Shown here one piece after another: positions 61,758 through 64,000 of a stretch of DNA of 64,000 nt (the first letter of the stretch is position 1; every line of letters starts with the position of its first letter). The stretch comes from Candidatus Latescibacterota bacterium (GTDB lineage: Bacteria > Krumholzibacteriota > Krumholzibacteriia > WVZY01). Where the stretch lies: NCBI GenBank assembly GCA_963791045.1, contig CAWBQK010000009.1:160001-224000 (forward strand), written 5' to 3'. The notes below the pieces were generated by a model, which worked only from the letters and a program-made list of their open reading frames with translations, did not search any database and was not told where the DNA came from. Position numbers and translations under genes: made by a program.

Positions 61758-61897
61758 ATCGCGATATTCCTCCCTTTTGGCTCGCTCAATCGTGCGGCTC
61801 GTTCGATCGTGCAGAATGATCTTTTGGTTTTAACACCGATGGACCCGATATTCAAGACTGGATTGTGAGGCTGAGTGTTTGTGTCGGCGCGGAAAAG

Positions 61898-62938
61898 CTA
61901 ATAAGTCCAACCGATCGAAGTAACGATGCCGTAGTCCTTCTTCTCGCCCTCGCCCGATGACGCCTTGCTGTCGTATTCGAGGTAATAGCTCAAATCGAAG
62001 AAGAGATTGGAGACGATTTCACGGCGAAACGAGAGGTCATAGTTTACACGATACCGGCCGCTCTCCGTCAGACTCGGGTAGAACTTGAGCGCCGTACTGA
62101 TGTCGGTCTTCGGAGTGTTGTAGTTGAATCTCGAGTAGCTGGCCATCAAGACCCCTTCGAAACTCTGCGTCTTGTTGCCGTTTGTCGACGTTTCCGCGTT
62201 GCCGGCGAGGCCCGTGGAAAACAGGAGGATGTCGTGATTGTTCTTGATGGGGCTCACACCGGTGGTCGCCGTCACCAACAACCGGCGATCGAGATCCAAC
62301 TCGTCGTTTCGTGACACGGAGATGCTGGTGTTTCCGGTCCACTTTTTCTTGAGAAGCCGGACGTAAGAAAATGTCAGGTCAATCCGCTGCGTCGTCCCCT
62401 CCTCGCCCCCCTTGTTGGTGATGGTCGAGTTTGCGCCGAGATCGAACAGATTACGTTCAGCAACATATCGGTTGGCCCAGTTGAACGTGAATTCCGCCAC
62501 CCTGCTCGCCCGTGTGTAGCTGTATCCGACGCTCAAAGATCCGTCGATCTTTTCCCAGAAACTCTTCTGGATGGGAGTGATTTCGACGACGTTCACCTTT
62601 TCGATGGAGGCAACCGTCCCCATGCTGGCAACACGGAGTGTCGTCTCCTGTTCCTTTTTTTCCAGCACTCCGAAGTACCGCGTCCCGTTCGTGTCTTCAA
62701 CCCGGTAAAAGTACTCACTCTTGATGCCAACCACGTCCAGCCACTCGATATCGAGCGTTCCCATCGAATCGGTCTTGACCTGGATCTTGCCGCGGGTCAG
62801 TGTCTTTATCTCGCAGCTGATTCTGTCGCCGTTCTTCAAGATGAGTACGTCCGTCTTGGGCCGAGCGGACACGGGGTCCACCAGCGCGAACGTGAGAACG
62901 AGGAAAATCAGGCATATGGGGAGCACGTGCCGAGACAT
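61898..62938 (-). CDS. DUF481 family outer-membrane protein
   Basis: Signal peptide; DVLILKNGDRIS N-domain; barrel ending TSIGWTY. Confidence 0.75.
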   Translation of the reverse strand: MSRHVLPICLIFLVLTFALVDPVSARPKTDVLILKNGDRISCEIKTLTRGKIQVKTDSMGTLDIEWLDVVGIKSEYFYRVEDTNGTRYFGVLEKKEQETTLRVASMGTVASIEKVNVVEITPIQKSFWEKIDGSLSVGYSYTRASRVAEFTFNWANRYVAERNLFDLGANSTITNKGGEEGTTQRIDLTFSYVRLLKKKWTGNTSISVSRNDELDLDRRLLVTATTGVSPIKNNHDILLFSTGLAGNAETSTNGNKTQSFEGVLMASYSRFNYNTPKTDISTALKFYPSLTESGRYRVNYDLSFRREIVSNLFFDLSYYLEYDSKASSGEGEKKDYGIVTSIGWTY

Positions 62939-62982
62939 GGTGACTAATCTACAATTGATCCGGGCCGCGGGCAACCGTAGAT

Positions 62983-63718
62983 TCACCCCGTTTGATCGCG
63001 AAATTCCGTCGGGGTCAGGCCCGTCGTGGCCTTGAACTGCCGCGCGAACGCGCTCTGGTCGTAGAAACCGCAGGCTGCCGCGACATCGCCGATCGATTTC
63101 CCCGTGTGCCGAAGGAGGTCGCACGCGGCATCGATCCGCGTCTTGGCGATGAATTGCCCGGCGGTGAGCTGAAAAATCTTTTTGAGCCGCTGTTCGAACT
63201 GATAGACGGAGAGCGACGACATTTTCGCCAGCGCATCGACACGGAGCGGATCCCCGTAGTGGGTCTGGATATGCTGGATGGACGCGGCCAGCTCCTCGTA
63301 TCCTTTGGCGTCGCGGGCGGGAAGGTGAAGGTCCTTCGACACACCGACGAGCCCGCACACCGTCCCGTCATCCGCAATCAATGGTGTCTTGTTGGTGATG
63401 CACCATCCGGGCTCGCCGCGGACATAGAGATGAAGCTCCAGCAGGTCCTTCACATGGGTTCCCTTTTTCAAGAACCCGCCGGTCTTGTTCGAAGTACCCT
63501 TTCCCCATCGGGTCCGGAAAAATATCGAGAACGGTCTTGCCGATAAGGGCTTCTTTATTCTTCACGCCGCAGCGTTCGACGAGCGTCTGGTTGACGACGA
63601 CATAACGCGCCTCGGCATCTTTTACAAAAAACACGATATCGGGGACCTGGTCGAAAAGCGCCTCGGACGCTTTGACCAGTGGGAGGTCGGCCGGGTTTAT
63701 GATTTCATTGTCGGGCAT
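62983..63718 (-). CDS. AraC family regulator with PAS domain (frameshift near 63460)
   Basis: FFVKDAEARYVVVN PAS; CGFYDQSAFARQFKATTGLTP..FR HTH. Confidence 0.9.
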
Positions 63719-63844
63719 CGCATTCCGTTCGTGGTTGTGCTGAAAAGCGAGTCGTGCCTTTGCTATTGTCCTAGATCGGCGTGATAAAATAAAACAAAAT
63801 CCCTACGCTTCGCGGCGTCCCCGGCACGGGACGGGAGAATCACG

Positions 63845-64000
63845 ATGAATACCGGCGTAATATTTGATATCAAACGATTTGCCGTCCACGACGGGCCGGG
63901 AATCAGAACCACCGTATTCTTCAAGGGGTGCCCGCTCGTCGTGCGAGTGGTGCCACAACCCCGAAAGCCAGTCCGCCGCTCCGGATGTCCTCTACCGCGT
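63845..64000 (+). CDS. Glycyl-radical enzyme activating protein (partial; frameshift near 63940)
   Basis: [36 protein letters not shown]. Confidence 0.9.
   Translation, partial: MNTGVIFDIKRFAVHDGPGIRTTVFFKGCPLVVRVVPQPRKPVRRSGCPLPR

Overview
A GC-rich bacterial chromosome segment of about 52 densely packed genes from a diderm organism (TonB, TolC, several outer-membrane barrels). The gene content loosely suggests an uncultured FCB-affiliated lineage such as Latescibacterota/Krumholzibacteriota, which is a low-confidence inference. About 19 genes, including housekeeping purF and speE, are split by single-base frameshifts, most simply explained by long-read indel errors. I reconstructed these genes across the breaks, so their coordinates are approximate. 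I saw no rRNA, tRNA, CRISPR array, transposase or prophage. Main modules: ExbB-ExbD-ExbD-TonB; lsrF plus an aldolase/SDR fusion; a cytochrome bd-like oxidoreductase with fused c hemes; a bactofilin-Omp85/ABC/FG-GAP operon; a PadR/sensor pair; an HNH endonuclease; an Rrf2-controlled divergon (octaheme HAO-like cytochrome, NapH/YccM-like Fe-S protein, DUF438) with two visible palindromic operators; purF/pirin; ECF sigma/anti-sigma/PDZ; an RND pump with an extended TolC; eukaryote-type AdoMetDC plus speE; an MFSD1-like transporter; an S9 peptidase; and the start of a glycyl-radical activating enzyme. The best leads are the Rrf2/HAO-like module, the bd-like c-heme enzyme, a 125-nt GA-rich intergenic hairpin, the HNH element, and an HEGDWEH-domain/beta-barrel fusion.
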